DNA of 63,406 nt, filler included, from Octopus bimaculoides (lineage: Eukaryota): NCBI RefSeq assembly GCF_001194135.2. It is 4 parts of 4 records of this genome, joined end to end, with 100 filler letters (N's around TTAATTAATTAA, not from the genome) between each part and the next. Parts side by side here need not be neighbours in the genome. Positions count along the whole stretch, not along the records: positions 1 to 27,398 come from NC_068981.1; 3 more parts are not named here. One strand, 5' to 3'. The translations under genes were made by a program, and so were the position numbers. Position 1 is the first letter of the stretch. Each line of letters begins with the position of its first letter. Below the pieces are notes generated by a model, which saw nothing but the letters and a program-made list of their open reading frames with translations, was not told the origin of the DNA and made no database searches. Shown one piece after another: positions 12,638-24,220 of the stretch.

Positions 12638-14074
12638 CTGTGTGTGAGTGTATATAGAAAGTTTTGTAGAAGTATTTACATCTATATTACCGCGTAAAAG
12701 GTATATAACTGAACAACAAACAATTTTGATGCGTTAGCACATTACTTAGGTAAGTTACAGCCAGCTAGCTTCAGGTGTTAATGTTTTCTCTTGATACTAT
12801 GACAATAGTTTAAGTTGTATTCATTACATAAACAATACAACACTAAATAATAAGCACCATTCAATAGAAAGATCTACCGATTAGTGGGTATTTGCAACGA
12901 GGACATCTGTAAATGGCGAGTATTCTGTAAGCTCCTACATTTAATCTTGCCGTAAACAAGCATAATATTTCGTAAGAAGGAATGAAATCAGACCCGGCGT
13001 ACCATCGTCATAACCATTTGACCGCTAGAAGCGTGGCTGCTTAACCAATGAAATTACTAGGCAAATTTTCCGAAAATAACATTTGCATCTTAAACTTATG
13101 AAGAACGAATGTAATCTAAGACACATTTTTCTTGGAAACAAGCTAGAATGTCATGGCCTAAAAGTGTATGATCAGACATTCGTCCAATCAGGGCTGACAT
13201 GGAGTCAGATATACCAAAAGACTAATTAAGCAGCAATTTGTGCCAATAGTAGAAAACCTGTCTTGTTGCTTTTGTAGCAGTTTCTTGAAAGTTAGGGCTC
13301 GTGCCCTGTAAGTATTAATTATATACAGAGTTTCATTAAATCATTGAAATCCATATCAAATCAAAAGAATTCGTAATGTAAAATTCTGTTATTAATCAGA
13401 AATTTTAACTAATTATAAAATGAGGTGGTTCAAAGGAACGAGACTGAATGGTAAAGCTTTTTTTTTTTTTTTTTTTTTTAATTGGTCAATTTGGAACTGA
13501 AACTTTAGTGATTGTGTCAAAATTTGAACCGAATACGTAGTCAAATTTACAGAATTTTCATCAGAGTTTTACTTGTCAAGAAATAGTAAGTTAGTGTACA
13601 TTCAATAATATTTATTTTACTTGACAAGTTAGACAGATATCCAGTATTGAATGATTAATTTAATCATTTAAACCAAAGAAACGATTTCTTTTCGTTACCC
13701 CAATGTCTTACAAAATAATATAATCCGAGAGAGATTCGTAAACAAAACTCAATCTGTTCTTTTTAATAATAAATCGAATTATCTCTACAGGCACTGCTTT
13801 TAATTAAAGAGCATAGTATGGACAAAAAATAAAATTGATGTTTTCCTAGCCTTTTCACCAGCTAATCGATTTTTTGTTATCGTTTTCTGTTTTACGTGTG
13901 CAAATTGAGTTCACTCGTATCTTTTACTATCCACTCTTTGTGGTGCACTGCATTATAAGAATGGAGATTATTCGTGCTTTCTGCGACGTTCATTCTCTCC
14001 ATTCACAAAGAACTAAAAAAAAGCTAAGAACAACTTACAAAGAATTTAATATGATTTTAAGGACATAAATAAAG

Positions 14075-14116
<42 letters not shown>

Positions 14117-14789
14117 ATTTTGCCTTCTTGTATAATTATGTTATAATAGAAAATAATATTTCAGAACATTTTGTTTAGTTTTATTATTTCTTCATTTCTT
14201 GTCTTAGTTTTAATACTTTGCAGATGGTGTGAGTTAACTAATTTACCGAAGTATTACCCGTTGTAGTAATGGTGAATGAGACGGACACAATACATAGTCT
14301 GTCTATACGTTATTGCTTAACAGTCAACCAGGGCAAACACACACATATATATATATATATATGAGAGTTCAAAATTCAAGTGAATGAGGTACTTAAATAG
14401 TAAAGCACCAAGTTCGAGTCAAAGAAATAGCAATCGTGTACCAAACAAAATTAGAGAGACACATACGTACAAACCGAGGTACAGACGGATTAATATTCCA
14501 GTTGCATACACGATCACAAGCGCCTGACTGAATATACCACGAGTCTCAGTGCTGTACTTAGAAACGCACACTGCTCCTATTGTACTGCGCTTAATAGACT
14601 TCAGATCCACGCTAAACGTACGTTCCGAGTAAGGTGAATAATAAACAAAAAACCTTAATAGTTAATTAAGTAATTAAACAACGGGGAGAATTCATGAATA
14701 AAACACTCATGCCTCCGTATGTGTATAGGGTTAAAGAGTGTGTATGTTATTTGAAGACAGATTTATGTTTATAAAAGAAAAGAATAGAT

Positions 14790-16003
14790 ATATAATAACT
14801 TTATTTATCAAAAAATGCTATGAGGATAAAAATAAACCTTTTTTCTATAATGTTATTCAATAGAGCCACCTTCAGCTTCAACAATTGCTTCTATATGAGC
14901 TCTAAATCATCTCCATGCTCAAATCAAGTGATCCCTGGTTAATTTTGGACATTACTCTTACTATAGCAGCTTTCAAAGAATCTTTGGTGTTATGGGCGTG
15001 TTCATTGACCTCTCTCTCAACAGCGCACCCATATAATAATCCAATGGATTGAGATCTGGGGAATTAGGAGGCCAAATGTTAGGGGTTATGTGATCATGAA
15101 AATTTTCAGCCATCCATTCTTGTGTCACTAGAGCCATGTGTGATAGTGCAGAGTCTTACTGAAACATATATGGCATTCCATTGCATACACTGTCTATCTA
15201 GGACTTAACAATTATTTCCAAGGCCACAATGTAGGTGGCAGAGTAAACTCTAAGACCTTGTGGAAAGAAGTAAGGAGGCATCACATGTCCTTTATTGCTG
15301 ACAACCCCTAAAACCATGACAGTTGTAGGAAATGTTGTATGCATAACACTTGGAACTTCAGAAGGGTCTGCACATAACCAACTGTCATTTCTTCTGTTAA
15401 CTTTTTGATCCTGGTCGAAATGTTTCTCGTTTGAGAAAAACCAAATCAAATCTTCTGCTGGATTTTTTCAGTTTGTTTATAAACCTTTTAGAACTGATGT
15501 AGTAATTTTCTTTTGCTTTTTCTGACGAATTGACCTTTCCTCATCATGTAAGACTTATCTTATATCATATAAGACTTATGTCTTCGTTGACAATATTTCT
15601 AACTGTTCCTTCTTCTGACACATGGAGATTTTTTGCAATTGACTTCCTGGACTTTCTGGGATTGTTGTAATCAACGATCTGTTGAACTTGCTGGATAAAT
15701 TCATGTGTTCTAATCATTTCAGAACGTTTAGAGTGCTTTTTATTCTTTGGTACTGGTGATACCTTTCCATCTTCAGTCTCTAACTTCTTACAAACTTCGT
15801 AGACGAAAGATCTGGCAGATTTAAAAATCCAGATATTTCTAAATCGCTATGATCAGCCTTTATAACCACAGTAACAGCATGCCTCTTCATTTCTTGAGTA
15901 AGCTAAGGGTCTTCCATTATTATTTTCTGAAACAAAGATTATACAAAGTTAGCAAAAAATGCAGCAATGATCAAAATACCTCAAATACCTTACGCACCCT
16001 GTA
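14790..16003 (-). mobile_element. Tc1/mariner-superfamily DD37D (maT-type) transposon, pseudogenised
   Basis: IWFFSNEKHF (first D mutated), FQ*DSALSH...WPPNSPDLNPLDYY with exactly 37 residues between the second and third D; TIR-like TATACAGGGTGCG at about 16005-15993; the other end is unclear. Confidence 0.85.
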
Positions 16004-16050
16004 TACACACCCACACAGACACACACAATACATACATATATTCTCTCATT

Positions 16051-16350
16051 TTACTCTTTACTCTTTTACTTGTTTCAGTCATTTGACTGCGGCCATGCTG
16101 GAGCACCACCTTTAGTCGAGCAAATCGACCCCAGGACTTATTCTTTGTAAGCCTAGTACTTATTCTATCGTTCTCTTTGCCGAACCGCTAAGTTACGGGG
16201 ACGTAAACACTCCAGCATCAGTTGTCAAGCGATTTGGGGGGGACAAACACAGACACACAAACATATACATACATATATATATACATATACACGACGGGTT
16301 TCTTTCAGTTTCCGTCTACCAAATCCATTTACAAGGCTTTGGTCGGCCGA
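16051..16350 (-). mobile_element. SINE family A, 5'-truncated
   Basis: Reverse-complement tail, body and TA tract; breaks at GGTCGGCC. Confidence 0.9.
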
Positions 16351-16500
16351 AACTTCGAAATCACCAAAATGGAGACGAGTACCAGCGTTCCGAAGAGGCA
16401 GGCTTGATAAATGTTAAGCGATCCTTCTTTATATGAGAGCATTGGCAGCCCCTTGTTAACCCACAAATAAGGTATATTTATCCACCAATGCCATATTGAG
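16350..16500 (-). mobile_element. Possible RTE-clade LINE fragment
   Basis: Minus frame LWVNKGL...LNIYQACLFGTL resembles the RTE ORF2 motif LxIYxACVLSTLLYG; short. Confidence 0.3.
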
Positions 16501-16538
16501 CACTCATTCTTACTGTTTGATATTAGCATATATACATG

Positions 16539-16596
<58 letters not shown>

Positions 16597-16616
16597 GATA
16601 GTGTGTGTGTTTGTAT

Positions 16617-16670
<54 letters not shown>

Positions 16671-17347
16671 GTATGAAACTTATATAGACATTACGTTTCT
16701 CTCTCTCTCTGTCAGACGAAGTAAGTCTCAAAGTGTGTTATTCCTTTTCTCCGCTACAATAAACAAAATTATCCAAAGCAACGAAAGAAGATACCAAATA
16801 CATAGTATATCGAAAGAGATTTCAAAATATATTTAAAATATCTAAAAATAGTTCATGTGACTGTCACTGTTGGTAAAATTTAGCTAAAAAAAAAAGGAAG
16901 TCACACGTCAGAGCGACTTATAACTATACTAATCCTTTGAAATCTGGTAGTGACCTGGAAGCTGTGACATAAAAAGCTAAAGAAGTGAAGAAACGACATA
17001 TCATATACATCCATACACATACACACACACTCTCACTCACAAACATACATAGTCATAAATGAATGCATGCATCGGTATATGTGCCTATATGTGTGTGAGC
17101 ATGAGTTCCTGTTTTAGTTTTCTCCACGAAAGAATTAGCTTTTGTATACAATTTGCATCATTTTAAAATAAAGTTAAATTAAATAGACAGTCCAACAAAA
17201 CCAGTGTCACGCGTTTTATTCCATTATTGTATATTCGATATTTTGAGTGTGTTCAGTAATGCGGTTTCTGATAATGTATTGTCTTACATTGATCTATTCA
17301 CATGCCATAATGTATTCTTCAAAATTTTCATTTTTCTTCTTTTGCAG

Positions 17348-17506
17348 TTAACTGAACTGGAGGAAGAATTCATTTACGCTGCAGAATTCGGAGACATTCC
17401 TACGGTGCAAAGAATCCTTCAGGATAATACAAACTTTAATATCGACTATAATGACATTCTGGGTCGCACACCGCTTCGTCTGGCAGTCGGCAATGAGCAT
17501 CTAGAG
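17348..17506 (+). CDS. TRPC: Internal coding exon (phase 0-0, 53 aa) of a TRPC-family cation channel, first ankyrin repeats
   Basis: Polypyrimidine-TTTGCAG acceptor and GTAAGG donor. LTELEEEFIYAAEFGDIPTVQRILQDNTNFNIDYNDILGRTPLRLAVGNEHLE matches the TRPC N-terminal pattern LTxEEExFLxAAEYGxIPxV...LAVGNEHLE (recalled for TRPC3/7). Paralog assignment is not possible by eye. Confidence 0.93.
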
Positions 17507-17587
17507 GTAAGGTTTACTTTATGCGTCCATTCTATGTTTAAAGAAGCAAACTTATAGTGGATAAACCATACATATGGTTAGGTAATT

Positions 17588-17627
<40 letters not shown>

Positions 17628-17834
17628 CAATTTACAGAAGCTAGTCCATGTAAATCCACATGTACGTAAGTTGATTGACTTAACCATTTTTGCCTTCATT
17701 TAATTTCTGTAGTAATTACCAGCGATTTAATAACGGGTTTTGGCTGTTATTTCAAGCAGGTAGACATACTTAGTATGTCCTTTGATTAATTATATATATA
17801 TATATATATTGCTGTATTTGGGGATGGTTTGAAC

Positions 17835-17912
17835 GTCTTTCCTTACTAACGATCAGCCATTTTGTATTTTGTATACAAAATATAAAATGGCTGATTGTTA
17901 GTAAGGAAAGAC
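17835..17912. repeat. 78-bp near-perfect palindrome (39-bp arms, no spacer)
   Basis: GTCTTTCCTTACTAACGATCAGCCATTTTGTATTTTGTA|TACAAAATATAAAATGGCTGATTGTTAGTAAGGAAAGAC; 2 mismatches, both G:T on the + strand. Confidence 0.95.
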
Positions 17913-17939
17913 ACACAAATAAGAAAGAAGAAAGCAAAG

Positions 17940-17983
17940 GACCACTGATGAGGTCACAGAAGTGTGATGAAAGAACTCTGGCC
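17940..17983 (+). ncRNA. Type I minimal hammerhead ribozyme motif
   Basis: CCA-CTGATGA-G-GTCACA(GAAG)TGTGAT-GAAA-G(AA)CTC-TGG: intact core, 6-bp stem II, 3-bp stem I, 2-bp stem III, CUC cleavage triplet. Confidence 0.6.
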
Positions 17984-18117
17984 GAAATACGATTAATGTA
18001 AAACAAAGCTGAATCAAATTAACACCAAATATATAGTGCCATATATATATATAACCATCCTCATATACAATAATATCTGTTTCAACACACGATTTCACAT
18101 CAAGAATCTTGCAAAAC

Positions 18118-18164
<47 letters not shown>

Positions 18165-18219
18165 GGCATCAGGATCAGACCCACGGTGCAGCACCTTGAG
18201 AAAATTTCTTCTATATAAC

Positions 18220-18490
18220 TGCGGGTAGACCAATGCTTTGTGAGTAAATTTAATAAATGGAAACTGTGTAGAAGCCTGTTATATAGTATGTCTGTGTATT
18301 TTTGTGTTTGTTCCTCTTAACGCCTGTCAATCTGTGTTGGTTTGTTTAGGCCTCCGGCAAAAAGAATCAGACATCAGAGATACCAGACTTAGAAATAATT
18401 ACTGAGGTTGATGTGTTTGCCTAAAAGCTTTCCAATGCGGTGCCCCAGCATGGTCAGAGTTCAATGACTGAAACATGTAAAAGATAAAAG
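18220..18490 (+). mobile_element. SINE family A, diverged and 5'-truncated
   Basis: GGAAACTGTGTAGAAGCC body and GGTGCCCCAGCATGG...ATGACTGAAACATGTAAAAG tail. Confidence 0.7.
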
Positions 18491-19027
18491 CTGCTTGATA
18501 ATTGTCTGAAGCGAACTAAGATAAATTTAATTATTGCAATGTGGTAATATATGAGATTCTTCAACTTAGAATTCTGCTTTTATGTTAATATGCCATACGA
18601 GAAAGAACGGTCTGGTTTTTCAGAACTGACTGGTCGTCTGAAGGAGAAAACCAAAATGGTGCTTCCTGACATCTCAAATGAAATCTTCCAAGATGTCTAT
18701 CAATCATTATAAATTACTGGAACATTGTTCTACAAGCACACCCATAAACACCTGATAACATAAACTGACAAAGAACTCAGTACAGACGAAGGCTCTAAAT
18801 ATTTTATTCAAACGAAATGCAGAGTCACTATGACAGCCATCGAGCTGCTGCCAGCGAAACATCAGAGTCATTTGAATTTTTGTATCTCTATTGATTGATT
18901 GATTGATATAGGTGTTGATATTAAAAGCGGACAACAATAAAAAAGAAAAACGGATTTTCACGATAACTTACTTTCATACAAAGATAGTGGTAATTGGTGA
19001 AGACAAGAGAGAAGCCTGTTCCTGTTA

Positions 19028-19424
19028 TAGGAGCAGGCATAACCGTGTAGTAAGAAGTTTCCTTCCAACCAGATGGTTTTAGCTTCAGTTCCATTGTGTG
19101 GCACTTTAGGCAAGTATTTTATACTATAACCTCGGGCCCACCAAAGCCTTGTGAGTGGATTTGGTAGACGGAAACTGAAAGACACCCATGGTATTTATGC
19201 GTGTGTGTGTGTGTGTGTGTGTGTCCACCACCATTTGACAACCGGTGTTGGTTTGTTTACGTGCTCGTAACTTAGCGGTTCAGCAAGAAAAGACTGATAG
19301 AATAAGTACTGGGCTTAAAAAAGAAAAAGTACTGTAATCAATTCGTTCAACTAAAATCCTTCAAGGCGGTGCCCCAGCGTGACCGCAGTTTAATGACTGA
19401 AACAAGTAAAAGATAAAAGATAAA
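19028..19424 (+). mobile_element. SINE family A
   Basis: Head, body, (TG)n tract and tail present. Confidence 0.88.
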
Positions 19425-19805
19425 GCAGATGTATTAGCGACGCCATTGTAGACGGCGTGTATCATGAGAGTTTGCTGTCAACAGAACATTACCGATCTCT
19501 GAGAAAATGTTTGTTTCTTTGGACAAAACGAATGTTTGTTTCTTTGGACAAAACGAATATTTTTTTATACGTGTTAGAGTAAACGATTATTATTGATTTC
19601 TTATTGTGTTAAACTAGAATCCTTGGAATGCTAGGTTGATTGTTTAGTAATTAGGTTTTAGATGTTCAGACTGGTTTTCTTCAATAGCAGCGGAACATAG
19701 CATATGGTTTTATACATGCATTTTACAGAATAACTGGGTAACGTTTAATATTTGGAGTAGTGTTTATTCTCATTTAAACTATCTGCGTTTCTAAGATATG
19801 TACGT

Positions 19806-20183
19806 ATAGGTGTAGGAGTGGCTGTGTGGTAAGTAGCTTGCTTACCAACCACATGGTTTCGGGTTCAGTCCCACTGCGTGGCGCCTTGGGCAAGTGTCTT
19901 TTACTATAGCCTCGGGCCGACGGAAACTGAAAGAAGCCCGTGGTATATATGTATATATATATATGTATATATATATATGTATGTGTGTTTGTCCCCCCTC
20001 ACCGCCAACATCGCTTGACAACCGATGCTGGTGTGTTAACGTCCCCGTAACTTAGCGGTTCGGCAAAAGAGGCCGATAGAACAAGTGCTAGACTTACAAA
20101 AGATAAGTCCTGGGGTCGATTTGCTCGACTAAAGGCGGTGCTCCAGCATGGCCACAGTCAAATGACTGAAACAAGTGAAAGAG
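19806..20183 (+). mobile_element. SINE family A with a short internal deletion
   Basis: Full head and tail; GGGCCGA joins directly to CGGAAACTG, lacking the CCAAAGCC...GGTAGA segment. Confidence 0.9.
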
Positions 20184-20239
20184 CATTCTCGCAAATCTTT
20201 AGTAACCTTGACATCGCTCGGAGAAACGCCATTGTACTT

Positions 20240-20465
20240 CTTCAGTGCACCGAGCTGGCAGAATCGTAAGGACACCAGACAAAATAAGCTTCACGGTATT
20301 TCTTCCGGTTTTACGCTCAAAGTTCAAATTCTGCCGAAGTCGTCTTCACCTTTCATCCTTTCGCGAACGATAAAATAAGTAACAGTTGAGCACAGGGGTC
20401 GATATAATAGACAATGATCCTCCCCTAAAATTTCAGGTTTTGTACCTATAGTAGAAAGTATTATA
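20240..20465 (+). mobile_element. SINE family B
   Basis: CGAGCTGGCAGAATCG head, AGTTCAAATTC, TTTCATCCTTTC, tail CCCTAAAATTTCAGG...TAGTAGAAAG. Confidence 0.8.
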
Positions 20466-20767
20466 CTAATTCAAAAATTATCCGTCCTTTTCTTTAAAAT
20501 CCTCCATCTTCCCTTATCATCGTGTTACGTACCTTCCTAACCCGTTTCCTACAAATAAAGGTCACCCCGTTTCAAACGCTCATACCATATACCGCCTTAG
20601 CTTCTGTCTTAACAGACTCTCATCTGGTTCCTGTTGCATATATTATCGCACCAGACTCTTCTGTCAGACAGGTTTTCTGTATTTTTGACGAGTTTATTCA
20701 CACAGGTTTATAGTAAATCATCTAACAATTACCTTTGACAGCATTACTAACACAATTAATTTGTTCC

Positions 20768-21001
20768 TTATTTCTTTATTGCCCACAAGGGGCTAAACAT
20801 AGAGAGGACAAACAAGGACAGACAAAGGGATTAAGTCGATTACATCGACCCCAGTGCGTAACTGGTACTTAATTTATCGACATCTAAAAAATGAAAGGCA
20901 AAGTGGACCTCGGCGGAATTCGAACTAAGAATGTAACGGCAGACGAAATACCACTAAGCATTTCGCCCGGCGTGCTAACATTTCTACCAGCTCTCCGCCT
21001 A
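20768..21001 (-). mobile_element. SINE family B (full-length)
   Basis: Close reverse complement of 1570-1803. Confidence 0.88.
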
Positions 21002-21038
21002 ACACAATAAGTTTGTTCCTGCTCATCTAAGGTATTAC

Positions 21039-21097
<59 letters not shown>

Positions 21098-21656
21098 GGT
21101 AGGTAGATGGACGGGTGGACAGATAGCATTTTATGATTTTGCTAACGCAGAGCGGTACAAATAACCAATTGTTAAAACTCAATATACATCTGCTCTAGAG
21201 TAGAGCGTTAGCCGAATGCAAAGCATAATATTTGTTAATAAATGACAAAAGAACAGGAGCTACGTAATCGGTTTCATTAGCTTACAGTTGTTTCTACTAT
21301 TAAAAGCAGTGCTCTCAGAACTGAGTGGTTGTCTATGAGCCACTAATTTTAGTAGATTCCTCGGGGGTCATTAAAATAATGCGCGTGTACACTCTCAGTC
21401 AACGGAAAACTTACAATAAACTTTACTCTACTCTCATTAAAGAGTCTCCAAATCAGTAACCATTCCGTTATTATTTGAAACTATCTTTTCAAATAATTCC
21501 TATTTAACATTTATATGATATACGCGTGCGCGAGAATGTGTGCGTGTGCGTATATGTCTATGTGTAAGGGTGCTGACAACTTCAATAATTCTTTCATCAT
21601 ATTCGATCTTAGAACAATAGTGTTAGTATGCACAAAATAGCGAGTTTTCATAATCT

Positions 21657-22050
21657 TACGTAAGTTGTTGCTGGCACTCCGTCGCTTCCAACGACGAGGA
21701 TTCCAGTTGATCCGATCAACGGAACAGCCTGCTCGTGAAATTAACGTTCAAGTGGCTGAGCACTCCAGAGACACGTGTACCCTTAACGTAGTTCTCGGGG
21801 GTATTCAGCGTGACAGAGTGTGACAAGTTTGGCCCTTTGAATTACAGGCACAACAGAAACAGGAAGTAAGAGTGAGAGAAAGTTGTAGTGAAAGAGTACA
21901 GCAGGGTTCGCCACCATCCCCTGCCGGAGCCTCGTGGAGCTTTAGGTGTTTTCGCTCAATAAACACTCACAGCGCCCGGTCTGGGAATCGAAACCGCAAT
22001 CCTATGACCGCGAGTCCGCTGTCCTAACCGCTGGGCCATTACGCCTCCAC
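21657..22050 (-). mobile_element. tRNA-derived SINE (family D, full-length)
   Basis: Reverse complement begins GTGGAGGCGTAATGGCCCAGCGGTTAGG...GGTTTCGATTCCCAG; its first ~160 nt match 40271-40435. Confidence 0.85.
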
Positions 22051-22475
22051 TCTTACGTAAGTAAACTACATGAAAAATACAGGGAAATACGGAAAATACT
22101 GGAATACGATTCTAGACTCCGTTGCAATTTGTGCTAAAGTGAGAAGATGCATATCCTGCAACTAGGTTCTAATGATTTGAATCTGAGATCAGAACTTCTC
22201 ACATAATGCAGACAGACACTAAAATAGCTTTTGGTCTTTTATAAATCACCTTAATGCATGTTCTGAGCGTTGATTGGATATTGATTCTGTAAGACAGCAT
22301 CATTTTTTAAAGCTTTTCTAACCTTTTTTGAGGAGCTTCCGTGTATGCAATGTACATGACATATATTTATACATAGTGTGCATATGTGTGTGGTATGTGT
22401 ATCTGTATTTCTATGCATGAGCATTCTCGTGCAAGAGAGCCTACATGTACGTCAATACGTACGCACATGTACATG

Positions 22476-22523
<48 letters not shown>

Positions 22524-23688
22524 TAAATAGATATCTTTATATTACATATACTTCTTCCTGATTTTTCTCCTTTCCTTTCTTTCTGCTATTATTTATCTTT
22601 TAGAGTCTTTCCTTCTTCCTAATCTCCACTTCATATATAGCATGCCTGCATTTCCGATTTTTCGCATTGCTCAATGCTTTTAATGAAATATGGCTTTTTT
22701 GCAATCGAACCAACTTTTATTTTATTGTTCTCCTTTTAACATACTCATATTCTGTAGCTATGTATATATTGCGCACGTGCTCACATTACTGCATGTTTTT
22801 CCGTGTATCTATACCCGTCTCTGCACAAATATATATATATAATGTATGTGTGTATACATAAATATATATGCATGTATATATAATGTATGTGTATACATAC
22901 ATATGTATGCATATATATATGTATATAATGGTTTGTGTGTATACATACATATGTATGTATATATATATATATAATAGTATATGTGTATACATACATATGT
23001 ATATATATATGCATGCATCTGTATGTGTATATGGGTGTTCAAATATTAATGTGTGTCTTTCTATGCATCTTGATGTATGCGTACATGTGTGTCAACATAA
23101 ATTTACTTTTGTGTATGCATATATATTCACATGCACACACACACACACACACGCACATACATATGAGAGCGAATGATTGACTATGTGTGCATGAAACGGC
23201 GTTATACATACATGGTTTTCTCCCTTGAAACATATTCAAGGCACACTTTATGTAAATTTTATTGCTTATGATTCAAAGTCGTGGAGGTTACATTGGCGTT
23301 TTGTATTATTTATAAGTGATCTTTTTTTTGTATTTTTTTTTTTTGTAGCTGTATTCCATTCTTGTGCAGCAGAAGACACTTAGAAACTCGGTTTCACCCC
23401 ATCCCACTTTATTTATGCTTATCTCATCAGAATCGAATGAATGTTAGGGAATGTTTAACATCCAATCGCATTCAAAATTATAAATATGCTTATTTTGTTT
23501 TACTCTTCTGAATATTGGATGCGAGAAACTTAGTGTAAGGATTAGTAAAGTTTTCAGTTTCTAGTAAAACAAATTATGTAACATGTGTTTCGACAATACC
23601 CTTACCCTCTTGTTTTCACTCATATTTGTGTTGAATGCTATATATCTAGCGCCATGACTGACCGCTAACTCCACAAGTTTTTTTTATT

Positions 23689-23847
23689 CTCTCTTTGGTT
23701 TATTTCCTCGTGTTCCTTCCTGCTGAAGAGCGTAGGCTCGAAACGTAAAAGACTTTCTCACCTTCCTGAGCGTTAAACTAATACACCTGCTTGTTGTTTA
23801 TACACCTGTTTTCGTCTTTTGTTTTTCTGTAAATTTCAACTATATAN
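23689..23847 (+). mobile_element. Short interspersed repeat carrying a degenerate hammerhead motif (PLE pseudo-LTR/retrozyme-like)
   Basis: CTGCTGA-A-GAGC(GTAG)GCTC-GAAAC-GTA-AAAG at 23720-23751; second copy inverted at 60610-60770; ends in (TA)n. Confidence 0.7.
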
Positions 23848-24188
23848 NNNNNNNNNNNNNNNNNNNNNNNNNNNNNNNNNNNNNNNNNNNNNNNNNNNNN
23901 NNNNNNNNNNNNNNNNNNNNNNNNNNNNNNNNNNNNNNNNNNNNNNNNNNNNNNNNNNNNNNNNNNNNNNNNNNNNNNNNNNNNNNNNNNNNNNNNNNNN
24001 NNNNNNNNNNNNNNNNNNNNNNNNNNNNNNTATATATATACATATATCTGTAAAAATATGTGACTTATTCGGTAGCCATGATAAAACTCCGAATAAGTGG
24101 GTACCGAATAAATGTCACATATTTGTACAGATAAATTCCTCTATTTACATAATATCGAGGTCTCTTTCTTTTGTTGTCCTTTCTATCA

Positions 24189-24220
<32 letters not shown>

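Noticed and set aside
19506-19555. 25-bp perfect tandem duplication (also small duplications near 35140 and 37750)
   Set aside because: Ordinary slippage duplications with no further structure.
21279-21325. Hammerhead-like minus-strand CTGAGA...GAAACAACTGTAAGC
   Set aside because: Core lacks N7, stem II is weak and the palindrome is broken; not counted.
22780-23180. Many ORF-track entries such as MYTHIL.., YIYIY.., CVCV.., HTHT.. (also 9855-10170, 27100-27700, 28340-28690, 46470-47160 and others)
   Set aside because: Translations of (TA)n, (CA)n and (TACA)n microsatellites; no coding signal.
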